64,000 bases of DNA, from the NCBI GenBank assembly GCA_965112735.1, contig CBCOSG010000001.1:62001-126000 (forward strand), in the 5' to 3' direction. Under the pieces are notes generated by a model. The model was given only the letters and a program-made list of their open reading frames with translations, did not search any database and was not told where the DNA came from. The first letter of the stretch is position 1. Each line of letters begins with the position of its first letter. This DNA is from Phaeosaccion multiseriatum. Taxonomy: Eukaryota > Protista > Ochrophyta, other classes. Both the position numbers and the translations under genes were made by a program. This document shows, piece by piece, positions 31,909 to 41,775 of this stretch.

Positions 31909-31982
31909 GGTGGAGTAGAGCAGTTGGCCAGCTTGTTAGGCTCATGATCTAAAAGTCGTAGGTTCGAATCCTACCTCCGCCC
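31909..31982 (+). tRNA. trnM: tRNA-Met(CAU), initiator-like, intact copy
   Basis: Full cloverleaf GGTGGAG/CTCCGCC with GTAGG-TTCGAAT-CCTAC. Confidence 0.88.
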
Positions 31983-32217
31983 GTATGCATGAACGAATAA
32001 ATCCCCAGTCTAACGAGGAAATCCTCGGTTTAAAGTCTTACATCTGCTACATTAGTCCCAGGTCCGGATCTGGGCCATCTACCTATATTCCCATTATAGC
32101 CAATATTGGCCATATAGGCCGATACTAGCTAAAATAAAGAGGATAGATAAATGGGTTTCTCTTGCAAGCTTCCGCCGAAGATACCTCTTTCGAGGAAGGG
32201 GTTAGAAGGCGGAAAAG

Positions 32218-32250
32218 GGTGATGCCAACCCCCAAGGAAGCCGTGGCATT
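32218..32250. promoter_or_regulatory. motif GGTGATGCC-N14-CCGTGGCATT, copy 2; function unknown
   Basis: Matches 21281-21313. Confidence 0.6.
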
Positions 32251-32318
32251 CAGTAAGCAACCTTGGCATTTAAGCATCAGTCTGATCCATTGGTGCTTAG
32301 AAAGGTTCCTGGATTTGT

Positions 32319-32747
32319 ATGGATAGGCCGTCAGATTTCTGTCCCGGCGGTGGTAAGTTCAAATCTTACCAAATCCAAATTTGCGGCTTACATCAGCTTG
32401 TTCGTTATCCCCGTATACCTCAGTCCTCTCGTAGCAAATCTCCCGCTTTAAAGTCTTGCCCTCAAAAAAAGGGCCTTTGTTTAAAAATTTACTTACGAAA
32501 ACCCAAAAAGCCTAACTCTGCCCTACGAAAGTTATGCCGAGTACGCCTAAGTACAGGCCGTCGAATCAGCGCCTACATTCCTGGCGAGGGCCACAACCTT
32601 CAGGAATTTAATTCTGTTTTGATTCGAGGAGGTCGAGCTAAAGATCTTCCTGGTGTCCGTTACCACGTCATTCGGGGCAAGTATGACTGTTTGGGTTTAA
32701 TAAAGCGTACCACTTCTCGGTCCAAATATGGGGCCAGAAAACCATAA
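32319..32747 (+). CDS. rps12: ribosomal protein S12 (start uncertain)
   Basis: [30 protein letters not shown]. Confidence 0.98.
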   Translation: MDRPSDFCPGGGKFKSYQIQICGLHQLVRYPRIPQSSRSKSPALKSCPQKKGLCLKIYLRKPKKPNSALRKLCRVRLSTGRRISAYIPGEGHNLQEFNSVLIRGGRAKDLPGVRYHVIRGKYDCLGLIKRTTSRSKYGARKP

Positions 32748-32750
32748 AAA

Positions 32751-33184
32751 ATGAGATTGAGCCAAAGTTCTGAAGGAAGTATTTTTTGTAAGCATCTCAT
32801 TCGCCGCGGGGGTCGACTTCGAGCTCACAGCCTCGTAGGTAGCAGTCTGCGCTACCTCTACGAGCATCAACCGAAAAAGGCGGCTTATGTGTTTTTTCAT
32901 GCTCTTCAACAGACTGAACCTATGGCTCAGGGAAAAACTTTTCCTGGCCGAAGAAAAAGCAAGCCAAAGTACGATGGATTTCTTTCCCTCTCTGGAAAAA
33001 ACGTCGTCAATACCTTAGTCTCCACTGGATTCTTCGTACGACTCCGAAGGGTCCACTATCTAAAAATCTAGGTTCTTCCTTGTGTAAAGCCAGTCAGTCG
33101 ACTGGCGAAGCCACTTTTCTAAAGCAGGCTTATCATCAACAAAGTTTAGAAGGTCGGCCTTATGCCAACTATCGCTGGCACTAA
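32751..33184 (+). CDS. rps7: ribosomal protein S7 (1-nt A-run frameshift in this arm; intact in the mirror copy)
   Basis: Follows rps12; mirror ORF 36722-37156 ends RPYANYRW. Confidence 0.88.
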
Positions 33185-33236
33185 AAACTGAATCGGCTTT
33201 TGTGTATTAGAGGGCCAAGATCGTACTGATATTTGT

Positions 33237-33764
33237 ATGAAATTGTACCATAGGTATTTACAACCTAATATGGAAATTATTCCTCTGAGCCAGGTGCGGG
33301 TAAAAAACCAGGAGGTGTGCGCTTATCTGCCTTTTCCTCCTCAGTGTTTTTCAACTTTGGTTTATCTAAAGTATCATACAAACACTGGGTATAAAATTTT
33401 ATCTTGTATCTCCGGAGTGGATTACCCTTGCCGACAAAGTCGGTTGGAAGTGGTCTACGAAGTATTAAGTATCAAGTATAACCAACGCCTCCGTTTGCGA
33501 ACTCTGTTTCAACCTAAAACCTTTAGATTTTTAGGTCTAGATTCAGTAACTAATATTTATATGGGCGCCAATTGGTGGGAAAGAGAAGTTTGGGATATGT
33601 TTGGTATCCTTTTTGAAAATCACCCCAGTTTACGGCGAATCTTAACGGATTACGGCTTTCAAGGCCATCCTTTACGAAAAGATTTCCCATTGACAGGCTA
33701 CGAAGAACTTAGGTACGACGATAGTGTGAAGAGAGTGGTAGGTAATCTTATCCAAAATTTATAG
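33237..33764 (+). CDS. nad9: NADH dehydrogenase subunit 9
   Basis: GVDYP, WWEREVWDMFG, RRILTDYGFQGHPLRKDFPLTGY. Confidence 0.98.
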   Translation: MKLYHRYLQPNMEIIPLSQVRVKNQEVCAYLPFPPQCFSTLVYLKYHTNTGYKILSCISGVDYPCRQSRLEVVYEVLSIKYNQRLRLRTLFQPKTFRFLGLDSVTNIYMGANWWEREVWDMFGILFENHPSLRRILTDYGFQGHPLRKDFPLTGYEELRYDDSVKRVVGNLIQNL

Positions 33765-33831
33765 AGGGAAAATATATTGGTTGTTGTGGACATTAGTGGG
33801 CCTGTATCATAAAGTTAAGCCAAACTTTGGT

Positions 33832-33902
33832 TGGAGTATAGCCAAGTGGAAAGGCAGCCGTTTTTGGCGCGGCCATCCAAGGTTCAAATCCTTGTACTCC
33901 AT
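33832..33902 (+). tRNA. trnQ: tRNA-Gln(UUG)
   Basis: TT-TTG-GC. Confidence 0.92.
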
Positions 33903-33914
33903 AAAAGAATGCAC

Positions 33915-33986
33915 AATTGAATACTATAGAGTCAATGCCTTGGATTGCAAATTCTATCAGGAGGATTTTATTTGGTTTCCAGCCTA
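33915..33986 (+). pseudogene. trnC: degenerate tRNA-Cys
   Basis: CAATGCCTTGGATTGCAAAT shared with the trnC at 26958; other arms lost. Confidence 0.75.
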
Positions 33987-34000
33987 GTTAGTAGATAAAT

Positions 34001-34072
34001 GCAGAAGTAACTCAAAGGTAGAGTGCAAGCTTGCCAAGTTTGAAGCTGAGGGTTCAAATCCCTTCTTTTGCT
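34001..34072 (+). tRNA. trnG: tRNA-Gly(GCC)
   Basis: TT-GCC-AA. Confidence 0.92.
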
Positions 34073-34145
34073 GGGTCCATAGCTCAGTTGGAAGAGCATT
34101 GGCCTTCTAAGCCAAACGTCATAGGTTCGAGTCCTATTGGACCCT
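34073..34145 (+). tRNA. trnR: tRNA-Arg(UCU)
   Basis: CT-TCT-AA. Confidence 0.94.
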
Positions 34146-34375
34146 GATCAGCCACTCCCGGAGGTTTGTCTTCATCATAGGCTGACAAGCCTTTTCTAAA
34201 TAGGGAAAACTAACTCCAATAAAATTAGTTGGATTATTTTCCTCCTTGATCTCAGTATTTCTAATTATCATTCTACTTATGTGTACAGGGGCTCAAATTT
34301 ATATTCTTCTTATAGAGTTGAAGATTGAAGAGATATTTTTAGAAAGACCCAGCTGAATGTATTGTATCAAATCTT

Positions 34376-34891
34376 ATGCGCAAAAGACGACTTTATATAT
34401 CCGACAAAGTTTGTTGTGTTATTGAAAACCAAATTTTACGAATCGAAGGACCTTTGGGGGAAAAATCCTTAGTTCTTCCTCGTGGTTTAGGCCTCCGTTG
34501 GAGTCAAGGCCGTTTAGATTATCTACCAAATTGGCGACTGCGAAAACTAGAAGCTAGTTTCTACGACGTTTTAAAAAAAACCATCCAAGGAGTGCATCAA
34601 GGTTTTGTCTTACATTTAGATATTTTAGGTGTGGGATATAAAGCGGAGGTCCAAGATAAGGATTTACGCCTAAAATTGGGCAAAAGCAAAATAGATGTCA
34701 TGGATTTAGGCTATGGTATTGATGTTAAATGCCTAAAACCTCGACATATGTTTTTGCAAGCCGCAGAAGGAAATTTTCTCCGTCAAACTGCTGCTAATAT
34801 CCGTAGTCTTCACCCTCCGGAAGTTTATAAGCAAAAGGGCATTTTTTATCGAGGAGAAAAATCTGTGACCAAACAAGGGAAAGTAAATTAA
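34376..34891 (+). CDS. rpl6: ribosomal protein L6
   Basis: EGPLG, LDILGVGYKA, PPEVYKQKGI. Confidence 0.96.
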   Translation: MRKRRLYISDKVCCVIENQILRIEGPLGEKSLVLPRGLGLRWSQGRLDYLPNWRLRKLEASFYDVLKKTIQGVHQGFVLHLDILGVGYKAEVQDKDLRLKLGKSKIDVMDLGYGIDVKCLKPRHMFLQAAEGNFLRQTAANIRSLHPPEVYKQKGIFYRGEKSVTKQGKVN

Positions 34892-34935
34892 AGAATTACG
34901 CCTCTACATATGCTAAAGAAAAAAGATAGGGGGTC

Positions 34936-34970
34936 TAGCTCTTTTAGTAGTACCGTCTTTACTAATCCTT
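34936..34970. other. 35-nt non-palindromic apex; candidate hairpin telomere loop
   Basis: TAGCTCTTTTAGTAGTACCGTCTTTACTAATCCTT between GATAGGGGGTC and GACCCCCTATC; inner stem TTAGTA/TACTAA. Confidence 0.7.
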
Positions 34971-35014
34971 GACCCCCTATCTTTTTTCTTTAGCATATGT
35001 AGAGGCGTAATTCT

Positions 35015-35530
35015 TTAATTTACTTTCCCTTGTTTGGTCACAGATTTTTCTCCTCGATAAAAAATGCCCTTTTGCTTATAAACTTCCGGAGGGTGAAGAC
35101 TACGGATATTAGCAGCAGTTTGACGGAGAAAATTTCCTTCTGCGGCTTGCAAAAACATATGTCGAGGTTTTAGGCATTTAACATCAATACCATAGCCTAA
35201 ATCCATGACATCTATTTTGCTTTTGCCCAATTTTAGGCGTAAATCCTTATCTTGGACCTCCGCTTTATATCCCACACCTAAAATATCTAAATGTAAGACA
35301 AAACCTTGATGCACTCCTTGGATGGTTTTTTTTAAAACGTCGTAGAAACTAGCTTCTAGTTTTCGCAGTCGCCAATTTGGTAGATAATCTAAACGGCCTT
35401 GACTCCAACGGAGGCCTAAACCACGAGGAAGAACTAAGGATTTTTCCCCCAAAGGTCCTTCGATTCGTAAAATTTGGTTTTCAATAACACAACAAACTTT
35501 GTCGGATATATAAAGTCGTCTTTTGCGCAT
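35015..35530 (-). CDS. rpl6: rpl6, mirror copy
   Basis: Identical protein to 34376-34891. Confidence 0.95.
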   Translation of the reverse strand: MRKRRLYISDKVCCVIENQILRIEGPLGEKSLVLPRGLGLRWSQGRLDYLPNWRLRKLEASFYDVLKKTIQGVHQGFVLHLDILGVGYKAEVQDKDLRLKLGKSKIDVMDLGYGIDVKCLKPRHMFLQAAEGNFLRQTAANIRSLHPPEVYKQKGIFYRGEKSVTKQGKVN

Positions 35531-35760
35531 AAGATTTGATACAATACATTCAGCTGGGTCTTTCTAAAAATATCTCTTCAATCTTCAACTCTATAAGAAG
35601 AATATAAATTTGAGCCCCTGTACACATAAGTAGAATGATAATTAGAAATACTGAGATCAAGGAGGAAAATAATCCAACTAATTTTATTGGAGTTAGTTTT
35701 CCCTATTTAGAAAAGGCTTGTCAGCCTATGATGAAGACAAACCTCCGGGAGTGGCTGATC

Positions 35761-35833
35761 AGGGTCCAATAGGACTCGAACCTATGACGTTTGGCTTAGA
35801 AGGCCAATGCTCTTCCAACTGAGCTATGGACCC
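35761..35833 (-). tRNA. trnR: tRNA-Arg(UCU), mirror copy
   Basis: Reverse complement of 34073-34145. Confidence 0.92.
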
Positions 35834-35905
35834 AGCAAAAGAAGGGATTTGAACCCTCAGCTTCAAACTTGGCAAGCTTGCACTCTACCTTTGAGTTACT
35901 TCTGC
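35834..35905 (-). tRNA. trnG: tRNA-Gly(GCC), mirror copy
   Basis: Reverse complement of 34001-34072. Confidence 0.9.
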
Positions 35906-36003
35906 ATTTATCTACTAACTAGGCTGGAAACCAAATAAAATCCTCCTGATAGAATTTGCAATCCAAGGCATTGACTCTATAGTATTCAATTGTGCATTCT
36001 TTT

Positions 36004-36074
36004 ATGGAGTACAAGGATTTGAACCTTGGATGGCCGCGCCAAAAACGGCTGCCTTTCCACTTGGCTATACTCCA
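36004..36074 (-). tRNA. trnQ: tRNA-Gln(UUG), mirror copy
   Basis: Reverse complement of 33832-33902. Confidence 0.9.
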
Positions 36075-36141
36075 ACCAAAGTTTGGCTTAACTTTATGAT
36101 ACAGGCCCACTAATGTCCACAACAACCAATATATTTTCCCT

Positions 36142-36669
36142 CTATAAATTTTGGATAAGATTACCTACCACTCTCTTCACACTATCGTCGTACCTAAGTT
36201 CTTCGTAGCCTGTCAATGGGAAATCTTTTCGTAAAGGATGGCCTTGAAAGCCGTAATCCGTTAAGATTCGCCGTAAACTGGGGTGATTTTCAAAAAGGAT
36301 ACCAAACATATCCCAAACTTCTCTTTCCCACCAATTGGCGCCCATATAAATATTAGTTACTGAATCTAGACCTAAAAATCTAAAGGTTTTAGGTTGAAAC
36401 AGAGTTCGCAAACGGAGGCGTTGGTTATACTTGATACTTAATACTTCGTAGACCACTTCCAACCGACTTTGTCGGCAAGGGTAATCCACTCCGGAGATAC
36501 AAGATAAAATTTTATACCCAGTGTTTGTATGATACTTTAGATAAACCAAAGTTGAAAAACACTGAGGAGGAAAAGGCAGATAAGCGCACACCTCCTGGTT
36601 TTTTACCCGCACCTGGCTCAGAGGAATAATTTCCATATTAGGTTGTAAATACCTATGGTACAATTTCAT
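36142..36669 (-). CDS. nad9: nad9, mirror copy
   Basis: Identical protein. Confidence 0.96.
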   Translation of the reverse strand: MKLYHRYLQPNMEIIPLSQVRVKNQEVCAYLPFPPQCFSTLVYLKYHTNTGYKILSCISGVDYPCRQSRLEVVYEVLSIKYNQRLRLRTLFQPKTFRFLGLDSVTNIYMGANWWEREVWDMFGILFENHPSLRRILTDYGFQGHPLRKDFPLTGYEELRYDDSVKRVVGNLIQNL

Positions 36670-36721
36670 ACAAATATCAGTACGATCTTGGCCCTCTAAT
36701 ACACAAAAGCCGATTCAGTTT

Positions 36722-37156
36722 TTAGTGCCAGCGATAGTTGGCATAAGGCCGACCTTCTAAACTTTGTTGATGATAAGCCTGCTTTAGAAAAGTGGCTTCG
36801 CCAGTCGACTGACTGGCTTTACACAAGGAAGAACCTAGATTTTTAGATAGTGGACCCTTCGGAGTCGTACGAAGAATCCAGTGGAGACTAAGGTATTGAC
36901 GACGTTTTTTCCAGAGAGGGAAAGAAATCCATCGTACTTTGGCTTGCTTTTTTCTTCGGCCAGGAAAAGTTTTTCCCTGAGCCATAGGTTCAGTCTGTTG
37001 AAGAGCATGAAAAAACACATAAGCCGCCTTTTTCGGTTGATGCTCGTAGAGGTAGCGCAGACTGCTACCTACGAGGCTGTGAGCTCGAAGTCGACCCCCG
37101 CGGCGAATGAGATGCTTACAAAAAATACTTCCTTCAGAACTTTGGCTCAATCTCAT
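36722..37156 (-). CDS. rps7: ribosomal protein S7, intact
   Basis: 144 aa; position after rps12; uS7-like C-terminus. Confidence 0.9.
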   Translation of the reverse strand: MRLSQSSEGSIFCKHLIRRGGRLRAHSLVGSSLRYLYEHQPKKAAYVFFHALQQTEPMAQGKTFPGRRKKQAKVRWISFPLWKKRRQYLSLHWILRTTPKGPLSKNLGSSLCKASQSTGEATFLKQAYHQQSLEGRPYANYRWH

Positions 37157-37159
37157 TTT

Positions 37160-37588
37160 TTATGGTTTTCTGGCCCCATATTTGGACCGAGAAGTGGTAC
37201 GCTTTATTAAACCCAAACAGTCATACTTGCCCCGAATGACGTGGTAACGGACACCAGGAAGATCTTTAGCTCGACCTCCTCGAATCAAAACAGAATTAAA
37301 TTCCTGAAGGTTGTGGCCCTCGCCAGGAATGTAGGCGCTGATTCGACGGCCTGTACTTAGGCGTACTCGGCATAACTTTCGTAGGGCAGAGTTAGGCTTT
37401 TTGGGTTTTCGTAAGTAAATTTTTAAACAAAGGCCCTTTTTTTGAGGGCAAGACTTTAAAGCGGGAGATTTGCTACGAGAGGACTGAGGTATACGGGGAT
37501 AACGAACAAGCTGATGTAAGCCGCAAATTTGGATTTGGTAAGATTTGAACTTACCACCGCCGGGACAGAAATCTGACGGCCTATCCAT
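37160..37588 (-). CDS. rps12: rps12, mirror copy
   Basis: Identical protein. Confidence 0.96.
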   Translation of the reverse strand: MDRPSDFCPGGGKFKSYQIQICGLHQLVRYPRIPQSSRSKSPALKSCPQKKGLCLKIYLRKPKKPNSALRKLCRVRLSTGRRISAYIPGEGHNLQEFNSVLIRGGRAKDLPGVRYHVIRGKYDCLGLIKRTTSRSKYGARKP

Positions 37589-37924
37589 ACAAATCCAGGA
37601 ACCTTTCTAAGCACCAATGGATCAGACTGATGCTTAAATGCCAAGGTTGCTTACTGAATGCCACGGCTTCCTTGGGGGTTGGCATCACCCTTTTCCGCCT
37701 TCTAACCCCTTCCTCGAAAGAGGTATCTTCGGCGGAAGCTTGCAAGAGAAACCCATTTATCTATCCTCTTTATTTTAGCTAGTATCGGCCTATATGGCCA
37801 ATATTGGCTATAATGGGAATATAGGTAGATGGCCCAGATCCGGACCTGGGACTAATGTAGCAGATGTAAGACTTTAAACCGAGGATTTCCTCGTTAGACT
37901 GGGGATTTATTCGTTCATGCATAC

Positions 37925-37998
37925 GGGCGGAGGTAGGATTCGAACCTACGACTTTTAGATCATGAGCCTAACAAGCTGGCCAACTGCTCTACTCCACC
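37925..37998 (-). tRNA. trnM: tRNA-Met(CAU), mirror copy
   Basis: Reverse complement of 31909-31982. Confidence 0.86.
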
Positions 37999-38177
37999 AT
38001 GGTATGAAAAGACTATGTGAGTCCTAGGTCTAAAAAACTTTACCAATCAAACTACCTCCACTGCCTAAGCTTCGCGCAGTAGACTCACTTATAATTCCAT
38101 AGCTTAATAGCATAGAAGACAAAATAATTTACTTAGGGGTATTATACCCCTTTAGCAACTTACCTATCTCTACACTA

Positions 38178-39037
38178 TTAAGGTTTTTCGACTCGATCTT
38201 CAAGTTGAGCCTTATATAGTTCTCCGTAATGATCAAGAGCCGCGTTATACTCTTGAAGAAGCCAATCTATTGCTCCTATATCCAGTTTCCCCGACGCCGT
38301 CTTCATCAGGTCTGAGGGGACTCTCCTGCTTTCGAGGGCCCGGAATTTCGTGACACTCTCTTGAGTGTCCGCAGTGAAGTTATCGAACGTCGAAGAATAG
38401 AAATTTTGCAGCGACGACCTTCCATCTAGACCGTAAAAGAACTTTCCGACCCACACATCTGCCACTAGCCCCCCGCTACAATTATTTGAATTCTTTTGCC
38501 GTGTTCTACAGCCACTTCCCACACTATTCTTTTTTTTGTAAACCCTTTAGCGTGGAGTACTCCAGGATTCAAAAAACACTCCTGAAACAGTCGTGTGGTT
38601 GATCGCACATACGCCGGCAGTAAATAGAGACAGGCCAATAAGGAGAGTAAACCTATGAGATAAAACAAAATAGAGTATTTTGGTGGTAGACCGATTCCGA
38701 GGATAAATGACGAATACAAGAGAGTTTGTACTTTTGCCAAACCTTCGTGTCCCAGACTATCCTGGTAAAGAGATGCGACATAACTGCCCTCTCTACACCG
38801 GGTTTTATCCTTTCTAAACTTGGGTAAAATTACCTCTTTATGGTAGTAAAAAATCCACCCCAGATGGACGCTGAATTGCACTAGTGAACACACGATATCA
38901 AACCTACCCTCAAACAGTCCAAGGGAGGAAATGACAAAGGTTAAAAAGTAGGCTACAAACAGTATTACAAACCAAACCTCTGTATCCAAATCTGTTATTC
39001 GTTTCCACATACGACGCAGCATGTATTTAAACATCAT
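38178..39037 (-). CDS. ~orf287, mirror copy (only the G6 frameshift)
   Basis: The 190-aa and 114-aa ORFs join at IVAGG/LVADV. Confidence 0.75.
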
Positions 39038-39439
39038 AAGCCTAATTAGTAAGGATCAGCTACACCGCTTACACGACTTTCACTACCCTCCTATTCACGT
39101 TTTCGTCTAAAACGAGGCCTAGACAATGCTTGAGGACAAGTTTCTGGCTTAGATGCTTTCAGCCATTCTCTTCTAGAGATGTAGCTACCCGACACTGCAT
39201 GTGCTCACACAACCGGTACACCATGGATCCCCGAAATTCGGTCCTCTCGTACTAGAATTTCTTCCCTTAGATTGTTGTCCACAGTAGATAGGGACCAAAC
39301 TGTCTCACGACGTTCTAAACCCAACTCACGTACCACTTTCATGGGCGAACAGCCCAACCCTTGGAAGCTTTTTCTCCTCCAGGATGTGATGAGTCGACAT
39401 CGAGGTGCCAAACCCTTCCGTCGATAGGAGCTCTCGAGA

Positions 39440-39475
<36 letters not shown>

Positions 39476-39780
39476 TATGAGCGGTGAAGTGCCCATATGC
39501 ACATCCACCGGATCTGTATGGCCGACTTTCGTCTCTGTTCGACTTGTGAGTCTTACAGTCAGGCACACATCAAGCCATTCCGCCTTTTCTTCCTTCATGG
39601 AAGGGTGTACCTTTGCGTACCCCCGTTACTCTTTAGGAGGCTGCCGTCCCAGCCAAACTACCCGTCTGAGCCTGTCCCAAGTCAGGTGAAGAAAGCTAGA
39701 CTGAAGGAGGGTGGTCTTTCATCTGCGGCATAACCTCCCACCTACTACTACGCAACCTATGTCATGCTTCCCAGCTCAAA

Positions 39781-39814
<34 letters not shown>

Positions 39815-39890
39815 CTGCAGCGAGGTCGCCTCTTCACGACCATGGGAATTTCACTGAGTCCGTGTTGGAGACAGCGGAGCAGTCGTTACA

Positions 39891-39921
<31 letters not shown>

Positions 39922-40007
39922 TCAGTTTTGCTACCTTAGGACCGTCAGAGTTACAGCCGCCGTTTACTGGGCATTCTCCCTAAAAGCTTCCACTTTCGGG
40001 TCTTCCG

Positions 40008-40045
<38 letters not shown>

Positions 40046-41724
40046 TTTACAACTTCGCAGAGTCCTGTGTTTTTACTAAACAGTCGCCGCTCCCACTTTA
40101 GTGCCAAGCCTACAAAGGCTTCCTCCTTCTACCGAAGCCACGGAGTCATTTTGCCGAGTTCCTTCAACACGGTTCTCTCAAAAGGCCTGAGTGTACTCCA
40201 CCCATTCACCTGTGTCGGTTTACGATACGGTGCCGCTCCTAGAAGTATTTCCTGGAAGCTGAGCTAAAGCAGAGGAGACCAGCTATACTCCTCTACTTCC
40301 TCTGCCAGCTTCGTCCTGTCTAAGATCTCCCATCAACCCTGGCTTTCGTCAGCAGTCTTAGGGACCGTCTTTATGGCTTGAGATTAGCTCAAGCCCCCAC
40401 GAAGAAGAAATCTGTCGTGGAAACCCTTGAATTTAAGGCCACCAGGATCCTCCTGGTTTGTTGCTACTCATGTCAGTATTCTCGATTCCGATATCTCCAA
40501 TGAAGGTTGCCCCTCATCTTCCTCGACCTACGGAAGGTTCTGCTACCACCCTGTAGGGTTTGAGGCTTCGGTAGGAAAGATTAGTCCCAAACATTGTGGG
40601 CGCAAAAAACTTCGACCAGTGAGCTGTTACGCATTCTTTAAAGGATGACTGCTACCAAGCCTACCTCCTGGCTGTCTTTAGCTCGTCACCTCCTTCTTCA
40701 CTTCCTTTCCTTTGGGGACCTTAACCATCAATCTGGGCTGTTTCCCTTTTGACCAAGGACCTTCGCACCCATGGTCTGTCTGCCTTGATTGAAGACGTAT
40801 CCTGTATTCGCAGTTTGCCATAAGTCAGTAAGATTTTGCCTCCCCTTTCCTACGACAGTGCTCTACCCCGGATTTCCCATTAAGACGCTCTACTTCAATA
40901 GATTTCGCAGAAAACCAGCTATCTCCGACTTTGATTGGCCTTTCACCCCTAAGATCAAATCATCCCAGTATTTTGCCACATACACGGGTTCGGTCCTCCA
41001 AAGAAAGTTGCCTTGTCTTTTTCAACCTGTTCAATCTTAGCTCAGTCGGTTTCGGGTAAAAAAATTGGGACTCCACGAAGTTTTACTCCTCGATTGACCT
41101 TTGCCTTCCTAAACTTAAGCTTGCCCCTAATCTTTTACTCACTGACCCATTATACAAAAGGTAGGCTGTCACTTCCACAAAGCTTCAACACCTAAAAGGC
41201 AGGGAGTTTCAGGACATTTCACAGCAGAAATCTCTGTTTCACCTTTCTCTCACGATACTTGTTCACTATGGGTGGCCCAGTCTATTTAGGCTTTGAGGAT
41301 GGCTCCCCAATATTCCTTGTCTATCGCCAGAAAAGTACTTGAATCCTCTCCTTTTCTTCCCTACGGGACTTGTACCTTCTATGGTTTTCTTCTCCATCCA
41401 ATGTTTTATTGAGCTGGAGTCGTTTTTTAATTTGGATCTTTCAAGGTCGTCTAGGAGAGAGCCTACACCGTTTTCGCTCACCGCTACTTACGGTATCTCG
41501 GTTGATTTCTCTTAAGCAGATTACTTAGATGTTTCAGTTTGTCTGCCCTCTTCTTTGCAGGCTTTACTGGCCTGTTTTTCCTCAAACGGAATGGTTTTCC
41601 AAGGTAGAAGGTCGAAGTGCACAGGTCGAAGACCTTCCTCCGAGCTTTCGTTGTTGTCTACGTCTACAGAGGCTGGGCCCCTAGGCATTCCCTCCATGCC
41701 CTTTGTGAAGATTTTCTTTATTTT
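39038..41724 (-). rRNA. rnl: LSU rRNA, mirror copy
   Basis: Reverse complement of 28160-30862. Confidence 0.96.
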
Positions 41725-41775
41725 GCTTGAAGCTTGTCACAAACTTCACAAATGGAAGAAAAATCTTGTCAGCTC

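Noticed and set aside
32057-32245. CAGGTCCGGA and AAGGAAGC as SRP RNA domain IV
   Set aside because: The two halves are ~165 nt apart rather than contiguous.
34204-34356. ~50-codon hydrophobic frame before rpl6 as tatA
   Set aside because: No good start codon and no FG hinge motif; cannot be supported without a profile search.
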